A DNA stretch of 64,000 bases from Tetramitus jugosus (lineage: Eukaryota; Protista; Heterolobosea). The notes beneath the pieces are model-generated. The model was given only the letters and a program-made list of their open reading frames with translations, made no database searches and was not told where the DNA came from. Of this stretch, positions 1 through 10,258 are shown one piece after another (the first letter of the stretch is position 1; each line of letters opens with the position of its first letter). The DNA lies in assembly GCA_937625935.1 (NCBI GenBank), contig OW569353.1:124001-188000 (forward strand). Reading direction: 5' to 3'. A program made the translations under genes and the position numbers.

Positions 1-224
1 AGGCTCTTGCTATTTTGAGTAAGGGCATTGATTTTGGTTTGTTGTCTGCATCGAACATGTCTCCTCTCGACAAGAGCATCTTGTACTTGGCCAGAGGATT
101 CTACTATGCGTATGAGGACGGAGATACGGAGCAAGCTCTCGTCGATTACAAGAATGCATTGGAGTGTGACGCTTCCTGTGCCAACAAAATACCAAAGAAG
201 CTCTATCAACAACTCAATCCATAA
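1..224 (+). CDS. 3' end of a TPR-like helical repeat protein (5' part outside window)
   Basis: Frame open from the window edge; 'LYLARGFYYAYEDGDTEQALVDYKNALECD' matches a TPR helix pair; stop at 222-224. Confidence 0.55.
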   Translation, partial: ALAILSKGIDFGLLSASNMSPLDKSILYLARGFYYAYEDGDTEQALVDYKNALECDASCANKIPKKLYQQLNP

Positions 225-458
225 AGCAAACGCTCGTTGTCGCTTTGTCAGATGTCGATCTCACAGGGTAACCTTTTCTCCGTCATATTCCTCGTTTTTC
301 TGACCAGTTGAAAAGTCCAGTTTTGTCTCGACAACTTGCCGTGCGACTTAAATGTCTGTCATCACCACTCACTCAACATCACCACACGAACTAACACAAC
401 AACAAGAGTAACGCACTCAACAAACTGCAACAAATTAATTGTAAGTACCACCACCAAA

Positions 459-2195
459 ATGTCCTCCACAACGACCAACAACCACACAAGTGATGACTTT
501 GAGAGACCAAGACGTTCACGCAGACCCCCTGCCTACCTCAACGACTATGAGCTGCACTTTAATTTCCGAACAGCCAACACAGTCGCTCGTCAATATAGAC
601 AACAAGCCCAACTGAACCAGAACACGCAAAGAGCACAGAGAGCAACAAGACAAGCACAACAAACAAGGCAACGCAGAGCAAGCACCGTTGCTGCTTCAAG
701 AAGAAGTAGTGATGACGACTCTGATGACTATACTCCAGCTGCCCCAACAACAACAAGGACAGCTTCTACAAGAGCTACAAGAGCTTCCACCAGAAACAAT
801 AACAACAACAACAACACGGCAACAACAAGAGCTACGACGAGAGCAGCTACCACAGGAAGAGCGACAAGAGCTGCTGCTAGAGCTACAAGAAACACGACAA
901 CCGTAACTGCCACTAACACTGCAAGAAATACCAACTCTAGGACAACAGCTGTTCAAGACCATGGACCTTCTCCAGTTCAATTGGAAATTTTCCGTTCAAA
1001 ACTCACTCCAGCAAGTCAATGCAAGCACAATTGGGCCATTTCGGAACACGAAACCAAAGAAGCAGTCTTTTACACAAAGACAAAGACGGAAAGAAGACTC
1101 ACAGTCGAAGAATTGCTTAATTCATGTCGTTTCCACCCTGGATTGTTGCACGATACGGGAAAGAAGCCAGCTGTTGAGATTGTCTTCTCATTTGATACGA
1201 CAACGAGCATGTTTCCTGCCATTAGTGAACTCAAGAAGAAGTTGAGTGACCTATTGAAGCAATTGTTGAGAGATTTGCCCGATATTCGTATTGCGATTAT
1301 TGCTCATGGTGATTACTGTGCCGCAGATCGCTTCTTTGGCAGTCAGTGCTACCCTGTCATGTACAAGCTCGATTTCACAAATGATTTGGACACGTTGATG
1401 AACTTTATTTATTGCATCAAGGGCGGTGGTGGATTGGACTTGCCAGAAGCTTATGAATTCTCGCTTATGGAATGTGGGAGATTAAATTGGTTCAAGAATG
1501 ATCTGACAAAGGATGAATATGATGACGATATCTCAAGAGTGTTGGTGATGATGGGAGATGATCAACCTCATGGTGCAGATGATTACTTTAAGATCAATTG
1601 GAAGACACAATTGGAAGCTCTGCACAACAAGATGTTGATCAAGGCTTATGGTATCAAATGTCTGAACAAGACTTACTCTCATGAGTTTTATCAGGAGTTG
1701 GCTGATTCGACATATGGTACCAAATTGGATCTGAGCAACTTTAACAAGATGCACGAACTGGTTCTCGGTCTATGTTATAGAGAAGCAGCTGAACATGCAT
1801 CGATTCAATATGCAAATCGGTTGGAAGCCGAGGCATCACAATCTTCATCAACAGATGTGACAATAGATGCTCCAGCTGCTGCAACAAGCACAGTTCCGGT
1901 TGAAGGAACAGAGCAAAGTGACGATGGATTGAGCGATGCAGATACATTGGCTGTTCACTCTGCAATTCATGACGCTAACCAAAGCTCTGTAACAGTTCAA
2001 GGTGTACAATATGAAATCTCTGTGAATCCAACAGAGTGTCGCTTTGCCAGAATCAATGACATTGTCTATGTCGAACAAAGCAAGCAAAAGAATACCAAAT
2101 ATGCTCAAATGGCGAAAGCGGGTCACAAGGTGACATGGATTTGTCACAAGGGCGCCTGGGGTCTTATTGTTGATGATGCCATTCAAAGACGATAG
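459..2195 (+). CDS. von Willebrand factor A (vWA) domain protein with Thr/Arg/Ala-rich disordered N-terminus and a small C-terminal domain
   Basis: ATG at 459; MIDAS-like 'IVFSFDTTTSM', 'HGDY', 'GGGGLDLPEAYE', 'VLVMMGDDQPH' are typical of standalone or alpha-kinase-type vWA domains. Confidence 0.8.
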   Translation: MSSTTTNNHTSDDFERPRRSRRPPAYLNDYELHFNFRTANTVARQYRQQAQLNQNTQRAQRATRQAQQTRQRRASTVAASRRSSDDDSDDYTPAAPTTTRTASTRATRASTRNNNNNNNTATTRATTRAATTGRATRAAARATRNTTTVTATNTARNTNSRTTAVQDHGPSPVQLEIFRSKLTPASQCKHNWAISEHETKEAVFYTKTKTERRLTVEELLNSCRFHPGLLHDTGKKPAVEIVFSFDTTTSMFPAISELKKKLSDLLKQLLRDLPDIRIAIIAHGDYCAADRFFGSQCYPVMYKLDFTNDLDTLMNFIYCIKGGGGLDLPEAYEFSLMECGRLNWFKNDLTKDEYDDDISRVLVMMGDDQPHGADDYFKINWKTQLEALHNKMLIKAYGIKCLNKTYSHEFYQELADSTYGTKLDLSNFNKMHELVLGLCYREAAEHASIQYANRLEAEASQSSSTDVTIDAPAAATSTVPVEGTEQSDDGLSDADTLAVHSAIHDANQSSVTVQGVQYEISVNPTECRFARINDIVYVEQSKQKNTKYAQMAKAGHKVTWICHKGAWGLIVDDAIQRR

Positions 2196-2266
2196 ATTGA
2201 TCAAGGATGACATCTCTAATTAAATTATCATTGTTTTTACAAGAACAGTTTGTTGCTCATGTTTAT

Positions 2267-2959
2267 TTACTTTCTACCACTTCTCAAGCTGTAAGACAAG
2301 TAGATGGACCAGAAGAAACCGACAAGATTACCAAACAAGACTCTGAGCTCTGGTGGTACATAATTCAAATTGACAAAGGAAGCAAATGGCCACACCATCC
2401 ATGACTTTGTCATTGTTGGCCACAAATCTCTCTTAATATTGTAAACAATCTTGTCAGGTTGATTATCAAAAATGGCCAACCATGACATAAAGATACAATT
2501 CAAAACAGGTGCCCACATGAGTTGATCCAATCCCAGAGAAACCATTTGCTTTGCGGGCACACCAGTCTCCTTGCGCACCGCTTCCAAAATAGGGTGCAAT
2601 TTTTGCATGATTGCGTCCAAAATTTGGAACCAGTAGTGCGACGCTGGCGCAACCAACGCTCCCGTCGCAACAAACTTGAACACCGAGTGCCAATCAATCT
2701 TTGGCAGCTTGAGAACGAATTTTTGAGCCGTGAGAGAACCAAGGAATTGAACAATGGCCGATGTGACCATTTTGGTGGCAATTGGGAACTTGCTCAACAG
2801 TCTCAGATACCATTCAATCACTTGTTGAAGAGTACTCTTGGAGTTTCTGCTATTGCTGCTATTGCTCTTGTTGTTGCTACTGTTGCTTCTCGCTCTGCTG
2901 CTAGGATTGTTGTTGAGTGATAGGCTACTGCTACTGGATGGTTGTTGGGAGCTGCTCAT
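2267..2959 (-). CDS. Mpv17/PMP22 family membrane protein
   Basis: 'YLRLLSKFPIATKMVTS', 'DQLMWAP', 'WMVWPFASFVNLNYVPPELRVLFGNLVGFFWSIYLS'; likely ATG at 2959. Confidence 0.9.
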   Translation of the reverse strand: MSSSQQPSSSSSLSLNNNPSSRARSNSSNNKSNSSNSRNSKSTLQQVIEWYLRLLSKFPIATKMVTSAIVQFLGSLTAQKFVLKLPKIDWHSVFKFVATGALVAPASHYWFQILDAIMQKLHPILEAVRKETGVPAKQMVSLGLDQLMWAPVLNCIFMSWLAIFDNQPDKIVYNIKRDLWPTMTKSWMVWPFASFVNLNYVPPELRVLFGNLVGFFWSIYLSYSLRSGRK

Positions 2960-3177
2960 GACTTTTTTTTTTGGGTCCAATGATCTATGCGAGTGAGGGT
3001 GAATGAAGAAGAGCTGATGCTTTTTGTTGTTGTTGGTTGTTCCTCTTATTTTTGGGTCATCGAAAGCTCCGTTGATAACAAGAATTTTTGCGTCCATGGT
3101 TGAACAGCAACAAAAAGCTACCAAAAACAAACAACAAATCTGAATTAAATCCAACAACAAAAAAGTAAACATATAGA

Positions 3178-3861
3178 ATGTCTGCTGATCAACAAACACT
3201 GACCGCCCAGATTCAATCAACCATCAATCAGTTCGTCCAAGATGCCGCACTCGACAGCTATCTTGTTTTTGTGCAAGACGGAACCATTTTGACACAATCG
3301 GAGAAATTAAACAACGTATCGGTGGAGGAGACAAGGTAAGATTATTGCTGCTTTTTTGCATGTCGATGGACGACGTACAGCATACCACATATGTTGCAGT
3401 GTTGCATTTCCCTGCCTTTTTTGTTGTTGTTGTTGATATCATCATCACCATGTTTAACTAACAAGCGCGTCATCCGTCTCATGCTTTTGCACTTGACTTT
3501 TGTTAATTTGTTTTCATTTGAATGTGTGATGTGAACTGGGATGGGATGCATCGTTTGTAGAAATCTGGTCAAGTTGTTTGATGATGAACAAGATGCATTT
3601 ACCAATGGTATTGCATTCAACAGTAAGATTTATGAAGTTCATAGATGGTTCGACAAGAATGAACCAGCGCTCATTTATGGTCGAACAACGATTGCTTCTC
3701 AAGATTCATTGGACAGTGAGGGATGTGCCATTTGTAGAACCAAGGCGTTGACCTCCAACGTGAATGTATATATTGTTGTTGTCTATAAGATGCCTACTCT
3801 GGCTGCCAAGGCTGTTAGTAAGTTGGTCGATTACTCAAAGAAGGTTGTGGAGCCATTGTAA
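3178..3861 (+). CDS. profilin-like protein, 2 exons (3178-3335, 3561-3861), about 152 aa
   Basis: Intron GTAAG 3336 to TTTGTAG 3560 joins 'MSADQQ...DSYLVFVQDGTIL...EETR' in frame to 'NLVKLFDD...GIAFNSKIYEVHR...LIYGR'; size and pattern fit the profilin fold. Confidence 0.6.
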
Positions 3862-3888
3862 AGTTACTTTCCTGTAATTGTTTTTTTA

Positions 3889-6800
3889 TTAAATGTGTTC
3901 CATAAAGGTGAGATCAGCAGAGGCTGGAATGGCTTTGGATGCTTGGATTGCATTCAAATGATTCTGAATAAATAATTTAAAGTCGGCATAGGTCATTGCC
4001 TTTCTGAACAAATCGTCCCATAGAGCTTGCTTCAATCGCACATCGTTTGGATTGGCAGATAGCTTATTTACATAGTAGATGTTGGTTTCTGTTTTGGTCG
4101 TGGCGGATGGTGCTGTTGTAGAAGTGGTAGAAGAAGCGGATGGTGCAGAAGTTGTTGCTGTTGACGAGGTGTTGCTGATGTTTGCTGGAGATAATCGAAT
4201 TGGTACTTGCTCTGTTCTCATCTCTGTACCACCCACTAGGCAATTGTCAATAATACAGAACGTACCAGGCAGCAGCTTCTGTATCTCATCGAGAGTATCG
4301 AGAATTACGACAAACACCTTGACCTTGCTCTCCTCATGTGCGTTCAATGTTTGGACAATCTTTTCAATATGGAGATTCACATTCGGCATATTTTCTTGTT
4401 GAGTTTTAACATTGTTCTCCTTATCCGTCGCAAACAGTTGTTGATGGAAGACAAACACTCGTTCAATGATGAGATCAGGATTCTTCTCGAGCAGTCTCTT
4501 GTTCATGTCAGCAATTTCATTCACGGTTTCAAACGTGAAATATGGAGAGCTCGATTTCTGGCTATGGTATGGTAACCAAGAGTGAACAGGAATGCAGCCA
4601 CGGTAGCACTTTTCAACGGTGCTCTCCAAGTCGTGAAGTCGTACTCTATGTCGATCAAAGAACTGAGAATTTGTTTCAATTTTTCCTTCAGAGAAGAAGG
4701 TTGTTAATGCACTCTCATAGCACTTGCAAATCTTTTGATACTTCTCCAGGAGTGTGTGTCTTGATCCCTCCGATAGCTCCTCCAACTCTGTTAGAGGTGG
4801 AATGGATACGAGTGAAGACAAGACGTTCTTGAATCCGCTGAGCATTGGATTCAAGTGGTGCTGTATCGACTTCATATTATCCTCTGACTCAAAAGAGAGC
4901 AAAGGATCTGTTAGAGACATCATTCGTGACGCGTCTTTGTAGGACGAGTTGTTTGTAGGAGGTTGGATAAGTGGTTGTGAAGGTGCAATCTCTGATGGCA
5001 TAAGTCCAGGTTGATGCTTGAGAATATATTCGTCCAGGGTGATTGATGCATTGTGCAAATAGACCCAAACAGAGTAGTACATGTCCGCTACCGTCTTTCT
5101 GTTGAATATTAAGACAGATTTTGGATAGTCGTTCTCCATGTATAGCACATGACACAATCGAGAGTCAATGATGGAAAAGTTTCTTGGTATTTCCTTCCTC
5201 TTTTCAACGTCGTCCTTGAAGACGACTCGAACATCAATTCCTGACAGTTTGTGGTACTCCATAATCTTCAAGAGATTGATTATTTCAGAGCGGATCCTAT
5301 AGCTTCTTTCGAGAATAAATATTCTCTTGACCACAGCATTTGGATTGTTGCGCAAAAGCGATGCATTCACATCGGCTAGCTGATACGGTTTGTGTGACAT
5401 CCATTCTTCCAATGGGCTATATACACCTAGGTAGGATTGTTTCGCTGTATTGTACACCTCTGTCACATTCAATCGCATATGAGCATAGAAATCTGATCGA
5501 AGCTCTAGTGTTTGTTTCGATAGCAGATTTGAAATGGCATCTAGATAGAATTTGCTGTTCTGGAAAAACTTGATCTTCATCAGTTGTAGTAGAGATTCTT
5601 TCGTGTGAATATCACCAAGGTTCATATTCTGCAAGTACTCCTCATACACACAAACAAGAGAAAGTATCCTCTCAAGCTCAGTGTTTGGTGACTTGTGCGA
5701 GCCAGACTTTGGAATAAACATCAATTGGCCATCACCAATCTCTAAGCGCCCATACTTTGGAACTTGTCTTCCGTTTGAGTCTTTGATGACTCGTTCCTGC
5801 ACGAATTGACCTAATTGATCAGCAGTACTGAATTGAGTATTGTCGCTAATGATGTGTGACTTTGTTTTGAATCGCATGGTTTTCAAGGCAGTAATCAGAT
5901 GCCGAGTGAACAAACCCTCGGACAGAAGTGGGATATCGTTGATATCACCACTGGCACAAATGACTTGAGCTGCCTTGTTGCGTGCATATGAGGGAAGGCT
6001 TCTGAAGTATTGCAAATCATCTTGGTTCGTTCGAATCTTGAATAATCTTCCCATGTAGCAAGTATCCAGTATGTAGCAAATATGTTTTGCAGGGAAGCAT
6101 TTGTATGTATTTACAAAGCTCTCGTGAGAAATTCCAGTGTTTAGAATATTGTCTGGGTCAGCATCATAGGGAGCAATAAATCCTTCAACGTGATTATTGC
6201 TATATCGCTTAAAAACTGAGTGACCAACAAAATACACCAACACACAGTCTTCTTTGTGTATGTTTTCAGACAGAGATTCAAAGAGCTTCAGTATATTGCC
6301 TCTAGTAGCTTGTTCGTTAAATAGTGTACAGACGTTGAATCCGAACTCCTTGGATAGAATATTCATCAGATTTGTAGCATCATTCACACACTCCTTTTGA
6401 CTAGCCAGTAACGTCTTCGATTCGTAATTACTGATGGCAATTATAATAGCCCACTCTCTGCGATAAACGATACGATCAACATCGGAAGTAGGAGAGCTTG
6501 CCTCAATATCAACTGATGGAGTGCTTTCCTTGGCTCTCTTTGAGGCTCTCTCATCTATCACCAATGCTCCCTCGTACGACTTCCGCTTGCTATCAGAGGG
6601 CAGTGCCGGTGTATATTCAAAATAGAGGTCTTGGTCAGATATCGTAATATTTCCACTATGAATCTTAACCTGTACTCTGCCCTCGGATTCTCCAGGCGGC
6701 ACCTTCACAAAGATTGCATTTTGATCAATTTGCTGAATTTCAGCAGGCTTATCTCCAAAGAGAATAAAACTATGTTCTGGAGTGCCATCAATCATAACCT

Positions 6801-9078
6801 TATTCCGCTTAAATTGGATAAACACTAAATAATTACCAGAGACTGAACCACTTGGAGGAGAGATCAAGAAATTAGGTTGAGCAGGAGGATGCATATCGGG
6901 TTCCTCATCGTTGAACAAATCTTGATCTTGTTTCAATTCATCCGACGTAGTCGACGTATAGGACAAGTTTCCAAAACTACTCACTCGAGATAAACCGCCT
7001 GTCATTGGTGTGTCCAAGTCATCTGATGATCCAAACTTCTTTTTCCGCTCCTTCTTTGAGGTTTTACCACAATTAATGGCAAATGTGTTTCCAGAGTCTA
7101 CTTGGAACACGAACCAGGAATCATAAAGTACCTTGTAACGCAGTTTGCAATTCTTCTTGTTACTAGAGACAACTTTAGCTCTCAGAGGCACAAATTCCAC
7201 ATGCTTGTGAGATTCGACCGTAGGGCTGTCTTTCACTGTATAAGCATGCCTGGTGTCATCCTCGCCCTTCTTCTTCTTCTTCTTTTTCTTGGAAGCACCG
7301 TCTCCTGACTTCATAGCAGTCACTGTAGATCCAGCAATGCCCCCTCCATCGCTCTCCAAACCATTGTCCTGCTCAGAGTCATTCACAAGCAAAACTACTT
7401 CAGAAAACCATCGGTCATCACAAAACTCTGTCGTATGGCCTGATTCAACCTTTGACTTCAACTCTTCCAAATCAATAAACAAATGATGCATGGCACAAAC
7501 ATTTAAAAACGATTCAGCATGTTCCATCACAGCATTCTTCTGCATTACCATCGTAATCAATACTTCTACCCATTGTCTCAGCTTATCAATGTCCACTGTC
7601 ATGGAAGTAATAAGTGGTGTTCTTCTACGCTTTGTCACACTCTTTCCTCCAACAATAGTAGCCGGTATTTGATCTTCATTGACTTGTACGATAGGCCCTC
7701 CGCTCGTATCTGAGATGAACTCTGACCACACTTGCAACGAAGTGATCGACTTGTTGTTCATATTGCTCGCACTACTTCCACCGTTGCTATACATGTGAAA
7801 TGAGAGATCATCGTTCGAATCACCACCATTGCTACCGGCACTAGCACCACTGACCAGCACACCACCATCAGATGCCAAATCCAATATATCATCCGTGGTT
7901 ACATTCTTCACATGATGATGAGCGTGATGATGGAGTGATTGAAGTGACTGTAGAGTGTGATGAGAGTGCGGATGGTGCATGTGCCTGGTTGCTCCCATCA
8001 AATGAGTTGCGGCATTCGGTGAGATTTGAAGTCCCATTGCTGATTGAAGACCAGAGTAATCCACATATGAATCCTGTGTCGCCATCAATGATTGTGCAGA
8101 GAGACCTCTGGCTGTTGCATCATACAAGGCTGCAAAATGCTGTTGTGACGCAGAGGACGGAGCAGATGCTTGTGCGCTTGATTTACTCGTTGCACTGGTC
8201 GCTGTGGTTGCACTACTATTATTATTATTGTTACTACTATTGTTATTGTTGTTACTGTTCACATAATCAGAACTATTTGTGTCTTGAAAGAGATCAGACG
8301 GTGAAGAAAATCGATAGAGTGATGCTTGTTGACCGTCCAAGTAGGCCGTAGTCACAGACGATGATCCATTCATTGCATTCGATAAGCTCGTCGGCGATGA
8401 TGAAGGTGATACCGTAGTCGAAGAAGGTGCTGATGTTGATCCACTATGACCATGATGATTACTATTATTGTTGTTATTGTTGTTATTATTATTATTCGTA
8501 TTGTTACTCGTCACATTGGCTGGTGGACTGGGACCATATACGACACCAGCAGCAGCAGCAGCATTCAAACTAGCCAACAAATAATTCAAATTGGCGGAAG
8601 GATCCAATGAATTCATCATTGCTTGTTGATGTCTCTGTTGTTGTTCATGATAGAGGTCCAATGCACTCGCACCAGCTGATGATGAACTCTGTTGCGTTGA
8701 AAATGGTGAGTGAAAGTATTGCATTTGTTGTTGTTGCTGTTGTTGTTGTTGAGAGAATAGAGAGGCTGCCGTAGGTGATGAAAGAAGAGAGTGATGGTGT
8801 TGGTGGTTATGATGAGGATGGTGTTGATGGTGGTGGTGGTGGTGAGCATGTGGATGATGATGAGCATGGTGGTGAGGATGATGAGCACCACTTGTTGATT
8901 GTTGTTGCAAGTGATGAAGTGGTGATCTTCCTGGAGGAGAAGTCGTTGTTGCTGCTGTGAGAGGAATGAAACCTTGTTCGAATTGATTCAATTCATTGAG
9001 TGTTTGTCTGAAAGCTTGCTCTTCTTGAACATTTGTTCCACCAGAATTCAGAGCCAGATGGCTCGATGAACGTTTCAT
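3889..9078 (-). CDS. 1729-aa multidomain protein: low-complexity N-terminus, putative DNA-binding domain, IPT/TIG, caspase-like (C14) peptidase, two PLD-fold-like (DUF6879-like) repeats
   Basis: IPT 'ILFGDKPAEI...IFVKVPP...GRVQVKI...FEY'; C14 'WAIIIAISNY...NDA...LFNEQATRGNI...YFVGHS...ILDTCY'; two internal repeats 'KRIFI...VRVV...NFSIID' and 'ERVFV...VFVV...TFCIID'. Confidence 0.75.
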   Translation of the reverse strand: MKRSSSHLALNSGGTNVQEEQAFRQTLNELNQFEQGFIPLTAATTTSPPGRSPLHHLQQQSTSGAHHPHHHAHHHPHAHHHHHHQHHPHHNHQHHHSLLSSPTAASLFSQQQQQQQQQMQYFHSPFSTQQSSSSAGASALDLYHEQQQRHQQAMMNSLDPSANLNYLLASLNAAAAAGVVYGPSPPANVTSNNTNNNNNNNNNNNSNHHGHSGSTSAPSSTTVSPSSSPTSLSNAMNGSSSVTTAYLDGQQASLYRFSSPSDLFQDTNSSDYVNSNNNNNSSNNNNNSSATTATSATSKSSAQASAPSSASQQHFAALYDATARGLSAQSLMATQDSYVDYSGLQSAMGLQISPNAATHLMGATRHMHHPHSHHTLQSLQSLHHHAHHHVKNVTTDDILDLASDGGVLVSGASAGSNGGDSNDDLSFHMYSNGGSSASNMNNKSITSLQVWSEFISDTSGGPIVQVNEDQIPATIVGGKSVTKRRRTPLITSMTVDIDKLRQWVEVLITMVMQKNAVMEHAESFLNVCAMHHLFIDLEELKSKVESGHTTEFCDDRWFSEVVLLVNDSEQDNGLESDGGGIAGSTVTAMKSGDGASKKKKKKKKGEDDTRHAYTVKDSPTVESHKHVEFVPLRAKVVSSNKKNCKLRYKVLYDSWFVFQVDSGNTFAINCGKTSKKERKKKFGSSDDLDTPMTGGLSRVSSFGNLSYTSTTSDELKQDQDLFNDEEPDMHPPAQPNFLISPPSGSVSGNYLVFIQFKRNKVMIDGTPEHSFILFGDKPAEIQQIDQNAIFVKVPPGESEGRVQVKIHSGNITISDQDLYFEYTPALPSDSKRKSYEGALVIDERASKRAKESTPSVDIEASSPTSDVDRIVYRREWAIIIAISNYESKTLLASQKECVNDATNLMNILSKEFGFNVCTLFNEQATRGNILKLFESLSENIHKEDCVLVYFVGHSVFKRYSNNHVEGFIAPYDADPDNILNTGISHESFVNTYKCFPAKHICYILDTCYMGRLFKIRTNQDDLQYFRSLPSYARNKAAQVICASGDINDIPLLSEGLFTRHLITALKTMRFKTKSHIISDNTQFSTADQLGQFVQERVIKDSNGRQVPKYGRLEIGDGQLMFIPKSGSHKSPNTELERILSLVCVYEEYLQNMNLGDIHTKESLLQLMKIKFFQNSKFYLDAISNLLSKQTLELRSDFYAHMRLNVTEVYNTAKQSYLGVYSPLEEWMSHKPYQLADVNASLLRNNPNAVVKRIFILERSYRIRSEIINLLKIMEYHKLSGIDVRVVFKDDVEKRKEIPRNFSIIDSRLCHVLYMENDYPKSVLIFNRKTVADMYYSVWVYLHNASITLDEYILKHQPGLMPSEIAPSQPLIQPPTNNSSYKDASRMMSLTDPLLSFESEDNMKSIQHHLNPMLSGFKNVLSSLVSIPPLTELEELSEGSRHTLLEKYQKICKCYESALTTFFSEGKIETNSQFFDRHRVRLHDLESTVEKCYRGCIPVHSWLPYHSQKSSSPYFTFETVNEIADMNKRLLEKNPDLIIERVFVFHQQLFATDKENNVKTQQENMPNVNLHIEKIVQTLNAHEESKVKVFVVILDTLDEIQKLLPGTFCIIDNCLVGGTEMRTEQVPIRLSPANISNTSSTATTSAPSASSTTSTTAPSATTKTETNIYYVNKLSANPNDVRLKQALWDDLFRKAMTYADFKLFIQNHLNAIQASKAIPASADLTFMEHI

Positions 9079-9829
9079 GTCTCTCTCTCTCTCTGTTGTT
9101 TATTGATGTTGTTGTGCGTTCTTTTGTAGTGCTACTCTTGTTTTTTGTGTTGTGTGGTGGATGAGAGCAAAAAAAGCAACCAGAGACAAGACGAACTTGG
9201 TGCAACGAAGGAAAATCTCTCAAGGTCTACAGTTGGGTTTCCTATTGGTTGTGCTGTAGCAAAATGCTCGCTCTGTGTGGTGTTTGCTTGAAGAAGAGAT
9301 GCCGTCGGTTGTGTTGTTTTGGACCAAAGGATATTTTGTGCGGACAAATGGAAAGTTTGTGAATGTCCAAGAAAGAATTGCCACTTCGGAGAATAATAAA
9401 GGAAGCTTGGATAACGAGTGCAATTGGAAAGCGAGTGGGTTGTTTTCAGCTGTTGATGTTCCTCTTGAGCACTTTGGAGCTGGTTTTCGTTGAAGGTGTG
9501 ATTTTCTCAAGTACGCAGTTCCCTCTTTTGATATAGGACATGTTTTGGAAGAGCGTATTAAATACTCATAAATTTGCAATGCCTCATGTTGGCTGTTCGC
9601 TGGTGGTCTTATTCTTCGAAGAAGAATGATTCACACTTCGTAAATCACAAGCAAGTCAACCCGAACAACTGAAATTTGACATGTTTCCCGCCAAAAAAAT
9701 CTCCTACCCAGCGATCTCACTTTTTCGCATGGACCACTTCTGCCACCCAAAAATCTCAACAAACACCAAGCAAAAAACGTTACCAACTTTTTTAATCACA
9801 CAACAACAACAACCAACATCAACAAAAAC

Positions 9830-10258
9830 ATGGTCCTCAACAAAGACAAGTGCCAAGAAGCATTCCACCTATACGATTCCAGAGCTACAGGTAAAATTGA
9901 GATTGATCAATTGGGCACTCTCTTGAGAGCTTGTGGAAAATCACCAACGAATGCTGAAGTGGAAGACTTCAAGAAGCAACTTGGTGCCAACGAATTTGAC
10001 TTTAACCAATTCTATCAAATCTTTGAACAAGCAAAGTCATACACAAGAGAAGAAATTTACAAGTGCTTCCAAATCTTTGACAAGGATCAAACTGGAAAGG
10101 TCTTGAAGGCTCACTTGGTCAACGTTTTGACCAATGTCGGTGAAAAGTTGACTAGAGATGAAGTCGATAAGATTTTGGATGGTGTTGTTGTTGACTCTGA
10201 AGGCTATTTGAACTATAGAGAGTTTGTGGACAAGAAGTTGATGCCTGAAAATCAATAA
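9830..10258 (+). CDS. EF-hand protein, myosin (essential) light chain / calmodulin-like
   Basis: 'EAFHLYDSRATGKI...LGTLLRACGKSPTNAEV', 'FQIFDKDQTG', 'VGEKLTRDEVD'. Confidence 0.9.
   Translation: MVLNKDKCQEAFHLYDSRATGKIEIDQLGTLLRACGKSPTNAEVEDFKKQLGANEFDFNQFYQIFEQAKSYTREEIYKCFQIFDKDQTGKVLKAHLVNVLTNVGEKLTRDEVDKILDGVVVDSEGYLNYREFVDKKLMPENQ

Noticed and set aside
8200-8900. Trinucleotide microsatellites (AAT/CAA/CAT)
   Set aside because: They encode poly-Asn/Gln/His tracts, common across this window
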